Source: an uncultured Muribaculaceae bacterium (GTDB taxonomy: Bacteria > Bacillota_I > Bacilli_A > RF39 > UBA660). From it: a DNA stretch of 64,000 nt. The stretch lies in assembly GCA_964397485.1 (NCBI GenBank), contig CAYNHT010000001.1, positions 273,190 to 337,189 on the forward strand, read 5' to 3'. Both the position numbers and the translations under genes were made by a program. Within the stretch, counting starts at the first letter, position 1; each line of letters starts with the position of its first letter. Under the pieces are notes generated by a model that made no database searches, was not told the origin of the DNA, and saw only the letters and a program-made list of their open reading frames with translations. Of the stretch, positions 51,500 through 60,574 are shown piece after piece.

Positions 51500-52750
51500 T
51501 TATTTTATATGCTTTTTATCATAATATAAATTATAATTTAATCGTTCCTTAATAGTCTTTTGTGAAACACCAATTTTATTATATAAATAACCAAGAAGTA
51601 AATCTTCTAAAAAATATGAAAACCTAAATAGTTCATCATTTTCCATCTTCTTTAATGGTTGAGAATGGTGATTAAAATAATTCCTACCATCAGCAATTTT
51701 TCTTGATATAGTGTGTATCCTTGTCTTTTTAAATCCCCATATATAATTCAGATTTTTAATCATACTTTCAATTCTATCTGAAAGAGTTATACCAAAACCA
51801 GGTTTTCCATTATCAATCCAAACTTGTTTTGCATTAACATTGTCATATTCTTTTGACATATATTCTATTATTTGATTACAATTTAAAAATCTATTCATTC
51901 TTGATGTTTCTTTTTCTATCATATCTAAGTAAATATCAAATATTGGAGTTATATCTTTAAAAACAACTAAAAATTGTTCATATATAAGTTTAAAATCATT
52001 TTCCAAATCTTCTAATGTCAATACAAATTGTTCATATTCATGTTGTAAAAATTCGTTTTTGTAATCTTTATCTTCAAAGTAAGTTAAATTCATAAACAAA
52101 ATATTATTATCATTTATTTTAATTTCTTTAATTCCAATTATTCTTTTTGAAATTATTCCTATAAAACATTTTAAAGCCCATACATCTTGTATTGTGTTTT
52201 GTAATGTCTGTTTGTTCCTATATTCGATTGTAAAACTCACTCTTTTTTTACATTTATATATTGAGTGTCCATGTGTTGTCAAATTTCCTATAAGTATTGT
52301 AAGTTTATAATCATTAAAATTAAATTCGTTATGTTTATACTTAAATATTGGATTCAAATTTTCGCCATAGTCATAAAAAGGACTTATTGAAAAATTTTCT
52401 AAATCATAGTATTCAAAATTAATTGATTTAATCTTTTTGTTCTTTTTAGAAGTATATTTCATTCCTTCAACAAACATATCAATCTTAAAAGTCATTGAAA
52501 ATAATTCAGTTGCTCCATTTGCAGAACTAGAACTACTTACTAAGTTAAAAAATGTAATGTTCCTACCTTCAATTTTTCCATTTACAATTGGAAATGAGTT
52601 TTTTAGTTTTAAATATGTATCTCTGTCAACACCATCTATTAATTGAAGTATTAATTGATTATTTTTATTTACTAATAAAGCCGAATATTCTTTATTTAAT
52701 AATGATATTTTAAGATTATTATTGTTATATTTTTCTAATAATTCATTCAT
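51500..52750 (-). CDS. Hypothetical protein with a C-terminal R-N-x-x-x-H (HEPN-like) motif.
   Basis: 416 aa; 'GRNYFNHH'. First gene of the operon, 55 nt upstream of the 364-aa gene. Confidence 0.5.
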   Translation of the reverse strand: MNELLEKYNNNNLKISLLNKEYSALLVNKNNQLILQLIDGVDRDTYLKLKNSFPIVNGKIEGRNITFFNLVSSSSSANGATELFSMTFKIDMFVEGMKYTSKKNKKIKSINFEYYDLENFSISPFYDYGENLNPIFKYKHNEFNFNDYKLTILIGNLTTHGHSIYKCKKRVSFTIEYRNKQTLQNTIQDVWALKCFIGIISKRIIGIKEIKINDNNILFMNLTYFEDKDYKNEFLQHEYEQFVLTLEDLENDFKLIYEQFLVVFKDITPIFDIYLDMIEKETSRMNRFLNCNQIIEYMSKEYDNVNAKQVWIDNGKPGFGITLSDRIESMIKNLNYIWGFKKTRIHTISRKIADGRNYFNHHSQPLKKMENDELFRFSYFLEDLLLGYLYNKIGVSQKTIKERLNYNLYYDKKHIK

Positions 52751-52884
52751 AAATAATCACCCTATAAATATTATAACATACATTGTAAAGTTCATTTACC
52801 TATTACTTTACATTTTAATAAAAACCACCTATATTTTCACACACTCAATAAAAAAAATAGCATGACAACAAAAGCAAAAAATCA

Positions 52885-53094
52885 CTATTTTATTATAGTG
52901 ATTAAATCTCCAGGTTCGCAATTTAAATGATTACAAAATTCTATTATGTATTTAAACGAAATCGATTTTGTTTCTCCTCTAATAATTTTGTTTAAATTTC
53001 TTGAAGTAATATTCATTTGTTGACATAACCAATATTTTGTTTTTCCATTTTTTTCTAATAATTCAACTATATTTAATTTTATCATTACCAACAC
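52885..53094 (-). CDS. XRE/Cro-type HTH regulator.
   Basis: 'TKYWLCQQMNITSRNLNKIIRGE' is an HTH_3 motif. Confidence 0.6.
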   Translation of the reverse strand: MLVMIKLNIVELLEKNGKTKYWLCQQMNITSRNLNKIIRGETKSISFKYIIEFCNHLNCEPGDLITIIK

Positions 53095-53192
53095 TTCCTT
53101 ATAGAAATATTGTAACTGTAATACAATTTATAAATAAGATACTTGCATTACCCTTATTTTTAGAATATAATATAAATGGAAGGAGAGTAAAA

Positions 53193-53642
53193 ATGAAAAT
53201 ATTAAAATACCTAATGATTTGTTTTAGTGTTTTATTTGTCTTAACAGGCTGCACTAATAATAAAAAAGAAGTAATTACTTTAAATAAAGACAACATAGAA
53301 AAATATTTTATTATTACAAATAGTATTGATGATTATTCTGTTGATACAAGCAGAACAATTGTTGGAAATACTTATAGAGGATATGCTACACTAAAAATTA
53401 CTTTAAAACCTAAATACACCATTTCTGTTAATGATGTTGTTATTAAAGGTGAAGTAAAATTGTCAGAAGTTGTATGGTCATCTTCATATAATCCTATGGT
53501 TTCATTTGAAATTCAGCTTGATAAAGATGGGAATGGAGAATATACTAAAAACTTAACTGCTTCTCAAAGTATTATTAGACCAGAAAAGCCAAGTGTTTAT
53601 GAAATAAATTTTACTGAAATAAGTGGAAGTATTGAGAAATAA
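53193..53642 (+). CDS. Lipoprotein of unknown function.
   Basis: RBS 'ggaaggagag'. 'MKILKYLMICFSVLFVLTGC' is a lipobox. Confidence 0.55.
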   Translation: MKILKYLMICFSVLFVLTGCTNNKKEVITLNKDNIEKYFIITNSIDDYSVDTSRTIVGNTYRGYATLKITLKPKYTISVNDVVIKGEVKLSEVVWSSSYNPMVSFEIQLDKDGNGEYTKNLTASQSIIRPEKPSVYEINFTEISGSIEK

Positions 53643-53803
53643 TAAAACATTAAAAAGTTACTAAAATAACTTTTTTTATTTGTTATGCCTTTTAACAAGT
53701 GATTGATGCAACCAAGTAATATGATAAACTAAAATAAAAAACAAAAGAAAGTTAATCAAATTAACCTTCTTTTTCAGATTTCAGACAGTCAGATTATGTA
53801 CCC

Positions 53804-54859
53804 TTAGTCTGAACTTCTGATTTCTGAATCCCTTATATATTCTTCTTTCAATTCCCAATTCCAACATTTATTTTTCTGAAAAGGTTTTTTGCAAACTATT
53901 TTCCTTGCTTTTTCAATAGATAATCTTTCAAAGCCACTTATATCTGCATTATCTAATATCTCTTTCATAGGTGCAGTATGATTATTAATAGAAGATAGAT
54001 AATCTACTAACCATTGTTTAGCATTTATCGTTGTAGAGTCGTTATCATAGGTAAATAAGCCGTCTATATTTAATGGTTCTCTTTCTTCAAGCCATGCAAT
54101 ACCTTTATCAGTTATTTCAAAAACATATTCCTTTAGGTTCTGTTCACTCGAATAATTACCCTTGATAGGACATAATAACCTTTGTTTTTCATTATCAGGG
54201 TTTCTTGTAATGCCTAAAACAACTCTAGCAGCTGAAGCAAATCCAGCCGAACCCATAGTTTTATATAGTGCTTTAGTATTACTTTTATTCATGTGCATTA
54301 CCCCAATAATAGCGATTTCAAAGTATCTAGCAATTAAACTTAATGGAGTTAATATATCATACACTTGTTTATATTTATCAATGTCAGTTCCATTCATATA
54401 ACTTGTTAAAGGGTCAATAACAATTAGTTTTGGTTGTATCTCGATAATCTTATCTATCAAATTATTTATATCACTTAAATCCAGCCCATTTTCTATACTA
54501 CTATCAATGTAGAAAACATTATTTACATCAGCACCACTATCCTCCAATCTATAAATTGTTATCTGTTCTGGGTCATCTTCAAGATTTTGAAATAATATCT
54601 TTTGTGGTTCTAATACTTGGCTATCAAAAGGAAACGATATACCATTAGATAATCTTGAAGTTATATCACATGTAACAAAACTCTTTCCAAGTCCTGCATC
54701 ACCGATTAATAGGGTTAGATACCCTATTGGTATTTTGCCATTCCACAACCATTTTAACTCCTTCTTTTGAACATTAGCAAAGCATTTAATAACTTGCTCT
54801 TTTTTCAATAAATCTTCTTTAATTTTCTTTTTTATTTCTTCACTAGTTAATTTTTCCAT
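53804..54859 (-). CDS. RecA-fold AAA ATPase (RepA/AAA_25-like replication protein of mobile elements).
   Basis: Walker A 'GDAGLGKSF', Walker B 'LIVIDPLTSY'. RBS 'aaggaga'. Confidence 0.6.
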   Translation of the reverse strand: MEKLTSEEIKKKIKEDLLKKEQVIKCFANVQKKELKWLWNGKIPIGYLTLLIGDAGLGKSFVTCDITSRLSNGISFPFDSQVLEPQKILFQNLEDDPEQITIYRLEDSGADVNNVFYIDSSIENGLDLSDINNLIDKIIEIQPKLIVIDPLTSYMNGTDIDKYKQVYDILTPLSLIARYFEIAIIGVMHMNKSNTKALYKTMGSAGFASAARVVLGITRNPDNEKQRLLCPIKGNYSSEQNLKEYVFEITDKGIAWLEEREPLNIDGLFTYDNDSTTINAKQWLVDYLSSINNHTAPMKEILDNADISGFERLSIEKARKIVCKKPFQKNKCWNWELKEEYIRDSEIRSSD

Positions 54860-54864
54860 TTCAA

Positions 54865-55053
54865 TTATTCTCCTTTATTTCTATTTTCTTTTAACCAATT
54901 TTCTATGTCTTGTTTATCAAACATAATCTTTTTACCAATTCTAAAATATGGTATTTCGCTAGAACGAATTAACTTTCTAACAAATGCTTCACTAATATGT
55001 AAATAGATAGCAACTTCTTTTACATTAAAAACATCTCTAGCCAATATCGGCAC
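54865..55053 (-). CDS. Excisionase-like small HTH (HTH_17) protein; the true start is probably the TTG at 55042-55044.
   Basis: 'VKEVAIYLHISEAFVRKLIRSSEIPYFRIGKKIMFDKQDIENWL' is the Xis/MerR-like pattern. Confidence 0.6.
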   Translation of the reverse strand: MPILARDVFNVKEVAIYLHISEAFVRKLIRSSEIPYFRIGKKIMFDKQDIENWLKENRNKGE

Positions 55054-55320
55054 CTCCTAACTGTATTCTTGCATTTTTTTAGTTACACTCTTGGCAACAA
55101 GCATACTCATTTTATACTAGAGGCAATTGCTTGTTCAAGCAATTTTAGTGAGGTTTTTCAATTGCTTTTGATTGTGTCGTTAATAAAAATTATTAACTTT
55201 TTTAGTGTCCAATTGTCTATTTTAATTTTTATTTAAAATACTATTGACATCTTGTCCAACTGTGTGCGATACTGTCATCAGAACACACAAGTGGAGTTCA
55301 AAAGAAAGGAAGTTAAAGTT

Positions 55321-56031
55321 ATGTCAACCAATACAAACAAAGTAAATCTAAAGTATCAATTATTTGCAGATAGGCTTATAGAATTAAGGAATGAAAGAAA
55401 ATTGACCCAAGATGAAGTATCAAAAGGAATAGGAATTAGTAAATCTTCAATTCAAAAGTATGAAGGTATGACACGATTTCCACAAGGTTACGACTTAATA
55501 GAAATAGCCAATTTCTTTGAAGTATCAGTTGAATATTTACTTGGTAAAAGTGAATATAAAAAAAACCAATACACTAGTCTAAGTGAACTTGGTTTGAATG
55601 ATAGAGCAATAGATACTTTAATAAAAATGAAACAAGAAGTTTATAAAAATGGCAAGTTGGATTATAAACCCTATATGTTCTTAAATGCTCTAAATTTACT
55701 GCTTGATATAGATAACAAAAGATATATTTATAAGATAGGTAAAATGCTAATTCAAAAAAGAGCTGAAGACCAATTTAAAAAGCGAAACAACGAAGAATTA
55801 GAAACATATCAATATAACTTGTTTAGATTAAACAATATGTTTGATAGATTTTTTAAAGAAAATTACGATAAAGTCGATTGTAGTTTCATTAATGAAATAG
55901 AAAGCGAAAAAGAAATAAAAAATTTCTTAACACAAGTTAATATATTAGATAATGATATGGTAAAAAATTGGCAAGATTACTTATTAACACCAATACAAAA
56001 AAAATTACTTGAAAATAAAGATAGTGAATAA
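55321..56031 (+). CDS. cI-like XRE HTH repressor with a C-terminal extension.
   Basis: 'KLTQDEVSKGIGISKSSIQKYEGMTRFPQGYDLIEIANFFEVSVEYLLG'. Divergent from the xis-like gene. Confidence 0.65.
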   Translation: MSTNTNKVNLKYQLFADRLIELRNERKLTQDEVSKGIGISKSSIQKYEGMTRFPQGYDLIEIANFFEVSVEYLLGKSEYKKNQYTSLSELGLNDRAIDTLIKMKQEVYKNGKLDYKPYMFLNALNLLLDIDNKRYIYKIGKMLIQKRAEDQFKKRNNEELETYQYNLFRLNNMFDRFFKENYDKVDCSFINEIESEKEIKNFLTQVNILDNDMVKNWQDYLLTPIQKKLLENKDSE

Positions 56032-56036
56032 AAAAA

Positions 56037-56097
56037 CTCTCTTGCTACTAACAAGAGAGAGAGTCACACAAAAACTTGGACAGCCTTTGTGTGACTC
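56037..56097 (+). terminator. Two tandem hairpins between the repressor and the integrase. They lack a strong T-run, so they may be a terminator or a regulatory structure.
   Basis: 'ctctcttgctactaacaagagagag' and 'gagtcacacaaaaacttggacagcctttgtgtgactc'. Confidence 0.35.
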
Positions 56098-56146
56098 CAT
56101 TATAACAGATTATTTAGAAAAATAAAAGAAATGGAGAAAAAATAAA

Positions 56147-57280
56147 ATGAGTGTTAAATTAATTGATAAAAATAAATATATGATTGAAGCCTTTATCGGT
56201 TATGATAGTAAAGGCAAAAAAATAAGACAATATAAAACTTTCAATGGTACAGAAAGACAAGCAAAAGTTATGGAAAACGAAATGATACAAAAGTATAAAA
56301 ACCAAGTTCTTAATGATATTGATTATACAAAAATCACTTTTGAAGAATTAAGCAAAATTTATATGGAAAGACATGCTAAAAATCTAGCCCCTACAACCTA
56401 TATAGGTTATTCGAAAATGTTAGAAGTTATAAATGATAATTTTGGCAAAAGAAAGTTAACCAATTTAAACCCTTTAATACTAGAAGATTTTTATTGTAAA
56501 TTAAGAGAAAGGCGACAACCTAAAAAACTAACTGAAAATACAATATTACATTATTATGTTTTAATTGGTGCAATACTTAATAAAGCCAAAAGATGGAAGA
56601 TAATAAGCGATAACCCAAATGAAGCAATTGATAGACCTAAAAAGGAAAAGAAAGAATCCAAATATTACAATGTTGAAGAAACCAAGCAGTTGTTAAAAGC
56701 ATTAGAATGTGAACCTTTAAAATATCAGACTTTAATTAGATTAGCAATTGATAGTGGTGCTAGAGTTGGTGAAATATTAGGATTAGAATGGGACGATATT
56801 AATTTTAATTTGGGTTATATTAGTATTAATAAAGTTATATATGCAATTAAGGGTGGAGTTAGAGAAAAAGACAAACCAAAAAATAATAGTTCTATAAGAC
56901 CAATAACATTAATGGAAGAAACTTTAGATTTATTAAAACAATTTAAAGAACAACAAGAAGAAACAAAAATTAAATTAGGTATAAAATGGTTAGGTTGCAA
57001 AAAAGTATTTACTTCCGAAGAAGGTTGGTATATGCACCCTTGCACACCTAGACATATTCTAGGAAAGATAATTAATAAATATGATTTACCAAAAATCAAT
57101 TTTCATTCTTTAAGGCATACTTCGGCATCATTGCAGATAGCATTAGGCATTCACATGAAAATCATTAGTAAAAGACTTGGTCACAGTAGCAGTAGCACCA
57201 CAGATATGATTTATAGCCATGTTTCAAGCACTCTGCAAAGCGAAGTAACTAATAAAATGGGGAAACTACTAAATAGTTAA
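56147..57280 (+). CDS. int: Tyrosine site-specific integrase.
   Basis: C-terminal 'HSLRHTSASLQIALGIHMKIISKRLGHSSSSTTDMIYSHV' carries the R..H..R..Y catalytic residues. An N-terminal SAM-like domain is present. Confidence 0.9.
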   Translation: MSVKLIDKNKYMIEAFIGYDSKGKKIRQYKTFNGTERQAKVMENEMIQKYKNQVLNDIDYTKITFEELSKIYMERHAKNLAPTTYIGYSKMLEVINDNFGKRKLTNLNPLILEDFYCKLRERRQPKKLTENTILHYYVLIGAILNKAKRWKIISDNPNEAIDRPKKEKKESKYYNVEETKQLLKALECEPLKYQTLIRLAIDSGARVGEILGLEWDDINFNLGYISINKVIYAIKGGVREKDKPKNNSSIRPITLMEETLDLLKQFKEQQEETKIKLGIKWLGCKKVFTSEEGWYMHPCTPRHILGKIINKYDLPKINFHSLRHTSASLQIALGIHMKIISKRLGHSSSSTTDMIYSHVSSTLQSEVTNKMGKLLNS

Positions 57281-57303
57281 AACAAAAGAAAATGGCTATC
57301 AGA

Positions 57304-58989
57304 TTAGCCATTTTTATTTTCGTTTTGTATTGCTATTGCAGTAATAAGTCCAAAATATAAAACTAGTAATTTTTCCACATTACCATAATTAAAATCTTTC
57401 ATTTTTAGATTTTTAAAATGTGCTAAATTATTTCTAATTCCCTCGCCTACTTCATTATCATCATTAATTAAATAAAACCTTAACAACTTTATATGATTAA
57501 TTCCTATAATATCATTTATTATAGAATTATCTTTATTCAATAAAACTCCCAAAGAAATAGAATTTTCGTTTATATACCCATTTTCATCGACCTTGCTTTT
57601 ATATATTAATCTCAATGATTTTTCAATCAAACCACATGTAAGCATTTCAATTGAATAAGCAATAGCACTTAATTGAATAGATAATTTTTGTTCTTTATCA
57701 CTTTTAATAATAGAAACATAAAGCAGAATAAGGTTAAATAACATTTCGTTATTTTCAATTATTTCATTTTCCACAAAATTAACAGTGTGATAATTGAATA
57801 CTTTGGTAAGTCTTCTAGTTACTTCAGAAAACAACATATTTGTGAGTTCATCATTATTTAAAATGTAATTTACTTTTAACATATGGTGTTGTAGTTCTAT
57901 ACCTAGAGTGGTCTGTATACTTGGTGTAAATAACTTGTTTGTTTTAACATTTGCAATAGAAACAAAATCAGTAATACTTGGTTTGCTATCTCTAACTAAT
58001 TGGTCAAAGAAATGAGTAAATGTTTTACCATCAGAGTAATTAGTTAAGTATACCAACATCTTTGCTGCTTTTGTTCCAATATCGGATTTTTCTATCATAT
58101 CAACATAACTTTTAATGTTTATTTCGTATGAAAATGATTGCCCATGATTTTGTAAATAATCATCAAGTAAATTGTTCTGTTCATCTAATTTAAATTGCCA
58201 TTCTTTTGCTTTTGAATGCTTTATTGTATCTAAAAATCGAAATAATTTAACAACATAACTTTGACTTATAATAGCATCCTCAACTTTTAAATCTTTCGTT
58301 TGTTCTTCAATATAATTTATGAGAAATGTAACTATTTCTTCAAATTTATTACTAAACCATGCTTGATTTTGTAAAGAAACTAATATATCAAATATATCTT
58401 CCAATCTAAATGTAACTAATTTATTTAATGTGTCATTTGAAAAGAACAGATCTGCTAAATCATTGTTTTCTTTTACAACATTGATAAATCTATCAAAACT
58501 GTCTATTAACAAATGAGAACAATGAGATATTAAGCATTTCCATGTATCTTTATCGATTCCACTTCTATACTTCAAACAATATGTAACAGTTTCAATTTTT
58601 ATATCAATATCATGATGAGTGACATCATCTTCGTATTCGCATATTATTTGAATATTATCATTAATGAAACTAAATATATCTTTTCGTTTATAGTTGTTTA
58701 AGATACCATTAAAAGTAGTAATTATATTACTAAACTCTTGTTTCATTTCATCTTTTACAATCTCAACATAAGTATCGTATTCAACTAATTTATACAAAAA
58801 AATATAATCGATATAGTTTTCTAAACTAGTTATGGAATAATCATTAATAGAGTTATAATAATTAATAATTATACTATTATTTTCTAGTAATTTTGTTATT
58901 TCAATTCCTGTTGCCCAATCATCATAAGTATATCTTCTTAACCCAATGTGTATTTTATTGTCATCTAATAATTTAAATATATTTCCCAT
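57304..58989 (-). CDS. Large hypothetical protein (561 aa) with a C-terminal R-N-x-x-x-H (HEPN-like) motif.
   Basis: 'EGIRNNLAHFKN' lies near the C-terminus. Positioned between int and tRNA-Lys. Confidence 0.5.
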   Translation of the reverse strand: MGNIFKLLDDNKIHIGLRRYTYDDWATGIEITKLLENNSIIINYYNSINDYSITSLENYIDYIFLYKLVEYDTYVEIVKDEMKQEFSNIITTFNGILNNYKRKDIFSFINDNIQIICEYEDDVTHHDIDIKIETVTYCLKYRSGIDKDTWKCLISHCSHLLIDSFDRFINVVKENNDLADLFFSNDTLNKLVTFRLEDIFDILVSLQNQAWFSNKFEEIVTFLINYIEEQTKDLKVEDAIISQSYVVKLFRFLDTIKHSKAKEWQFKLDEQNNLLDDYLQNHGQSFSYEINIKSYVDMIEKSDIGTKAAKMLVYLTNYSDGKTFTHFFDQLVRDSKPSITDFVSIANVKTNKLFTPSIQTTLGIELQHHMLKVNYILNNDELTNMLFSEVTRRLTKVFNYHTVNFVENEIIENNEMLFNLILLYVSIIKSDKEQKLSIQLSAIAYSIEMLTCGLIEKSLRLIYKSKVDENGYINENSISLGVLLNKDNSIINDIIGINHIKLLRFYLINDDNEVGEGIRNNLAHFKNLKMKDFNYGNVEKLLVLYFGLITAIAIQNENKNG

Positions 58990-59065
58990 TTTACACTTCC
59001 CTCGTTATTTAAATTATATCATAAAAAAAGAGTTTCTATTTTAGTAGAACTCTTTATATACATTT

Positions 59066-59141
59066 TGGTGTCCCCAGCAGGACTCGAACCTGCGACAATC
59101 TGATTAAGAGTCAGGAGCTCTACCAACTGAGCTATGGAGAC
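59066..59141 (-). tRNA. tRNA-Lys(CTT).
   Basis: Cloverleaf with anticodon loop 'ctcttaa' and T-arm gcagg/cctgc. CCA is encoded. Confidence 0.85.
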
Positions 59142-59186
59142 ATTTTGAAGAAAAATCACTAGTTTTTTACTCGGTTATCACTCGCC

Positions 59187-59226
59187 GATTAAGAGTCAGT
59201 TGCTCTACCAGCTGAGCTAACGAGAC
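59187..59226 (-). pseudogene. Orphan 5' half of a tRNA-Lys(CTT) (acceptor 5' strand through the anticodon loop).
   Basis: The reverse complement 'gtctcgttagctcagctggtagagcaactgactcttaatc' is complementary (acceptor and anticodon stems) to the 3'-half copy at 50080-50125. Confidence 0.65.
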
Positions 59227-59236
59227 ATATATTTAA

Positions 59237-59313
59237 TGGTGAACGATATAGGACTCGAACCTATGACCTCTACCACGTCAAGGTAGCGCTCTAACCAACT
59301 GAGCTAATCGTCC
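59237..59313 (-). tRNA. tRNA-Val(GAC).
   Basis: Cloverleaf with anticodon stem ctacc/ggtag and loop 'ttgacgt'. Confidence 0.8.
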
Positions 59314-59383
59314 AATGGATATTAATATTGTATACCTATTTTTATATTTTTTCAAGGGAAAAACAAAAAAAAGTAACAATTTG

Positions 59384-60568
59384 TTACTTTAATTTTGTTT
59401 TAGAACCTTTAGCTCCTTTTAATCCATTAAAATTACATAAAATATTTGTTTCAAATGAATAAGTTTTTTTACATCTATTCTTGTAATCTTTTATAGCTAA
59501 TGAAATCATATCATCTAATAAATCAGGATACTTTTTACCAACTGGTTCCCATAAGTAGAATGATAATGATCCTGGTATTGTATTTGGTTCATTTACATAT
59601 ACTTTATTTGTTTTTTTATCAACTAAGAAATCAATTCTACATAAACCACTTAAATTTAATGATTTAAATGTTTTTTTAGCTAAATCTCTTATTTCTTGTT
59701 CAATAGTATTTTCAATACGAGCTGGTATTACTCTATCAGTAGATACCATCCCTTTTGATTTACCACCTTTTTTATTTCCAATGTATTTATCTTTATAAGT
59801 TAAGAATTCTTCAGTACTCATAACTTCTTCAATTGCACTTGTTTGTTGATATTCATAATTACCTAAAACACTACAATTCACTTCTAATAAATTATCAACT
59901 GTTTTTTCTACTACTATTTTAGTATCATATTTCATAGCTTCATCAATTGCTGAATGTAATTTTTCTTCATCTTTAGCAACCGTTATACCTACACTACTTC
60001 CAAGTGAAGCTGGTTTTACTATAACAGGATATCCTAATTTATTAACTTCTTTAACAATAGCATCTTTATTAACAATATATTCTATATCATAAAACCAAGT
60101 ATAAGGTACTATTGGTAATCCTTCTGCTGTCATTACTTGTTTCATAATAACTTTATCTTGACCTAATGCTGAGCCTAATACTCTACTTCCAACATAAGGT
60201 ATACCTAATGTATCTAAATATCCTTGTAGACTTCCATCTTCAGTATTATTACCATGAACAATTGGAAATGCTATATCTATTTGATTAATAATTCTTTTAA
60301 AGAATCCCGTAGTTTGAACATTAAAGTTTCCATCTTTTTTATATAAAACTACTTTTTTAGCATACTTCTTTAAACTGTCAAAATCTTTATATACTTCTAT
60401 ATCAGTTAGCATTTTACCACTATACCAAATACGATCTTTACTAATATAAATTGGTATTATTTCATATTTTTCTTCATTAATATTATTCATAGCTTGAACA
60501 GCTGATATAATACTTACTTCATGTTCAACTGTTTCTCCACCAAAGATAACTCCTACTTTTATTTTCAT
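59384..60568 (-). CDS. ddl: D-alanine--D-alanine ligase.
   Basis: 'MKIKVGVIFGGETVEHEVSIISA' N-terminus and ATP-grasp motifs. 394 aa. Confidence 0.9.
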   Translation of the reverse strand: MKIKVGVIFGGETVEHEVSIISAVQAMNNINEEKYEIIPIYISKDRIWYSGKMLTDIEVYKDFDSLKKYAKKVVLYKKDGNFNVQTTGFFKRIINQIDIAFPIVHGNNTEDGSLQGYLDTLGIPYVGSRVLGSALGQDKVIMKQVMTAEGLPIVPYTWFYDIEYIVNKDAIVKEVNKLGYPVIVKPASLGSSVGITVAKDEEKLHSAIDEAMKYDTKIVVEKTVDNLLEVNCSVLGNYEYQQTSAIEEVMSTEEFLTYKDKYIGNKKGGKSKGMVSTDRVIPARIENTIEQEIRDLAKKTFKSLNLSGLCRIDFLVDKKTNKVYVNEPNTIPGSLSFYLWEPVGKKYPDLLDDMISLAIKDYKNRCKKTYSFETNILCNFNGLKGAKGSKTKLK

Positions 60569-60574
60569 AAAACC

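Noticed and set aside
56147-57280. Reading the mobile element as an IS/transposon.
   Set aside because: The recombinase is a tyrosine integrase with the R-H-R-Y tetrad. There are no terminal inverted repeats or DDE transposase. The boundaries are tRNA-derived direct repeats typical of integrative elements.
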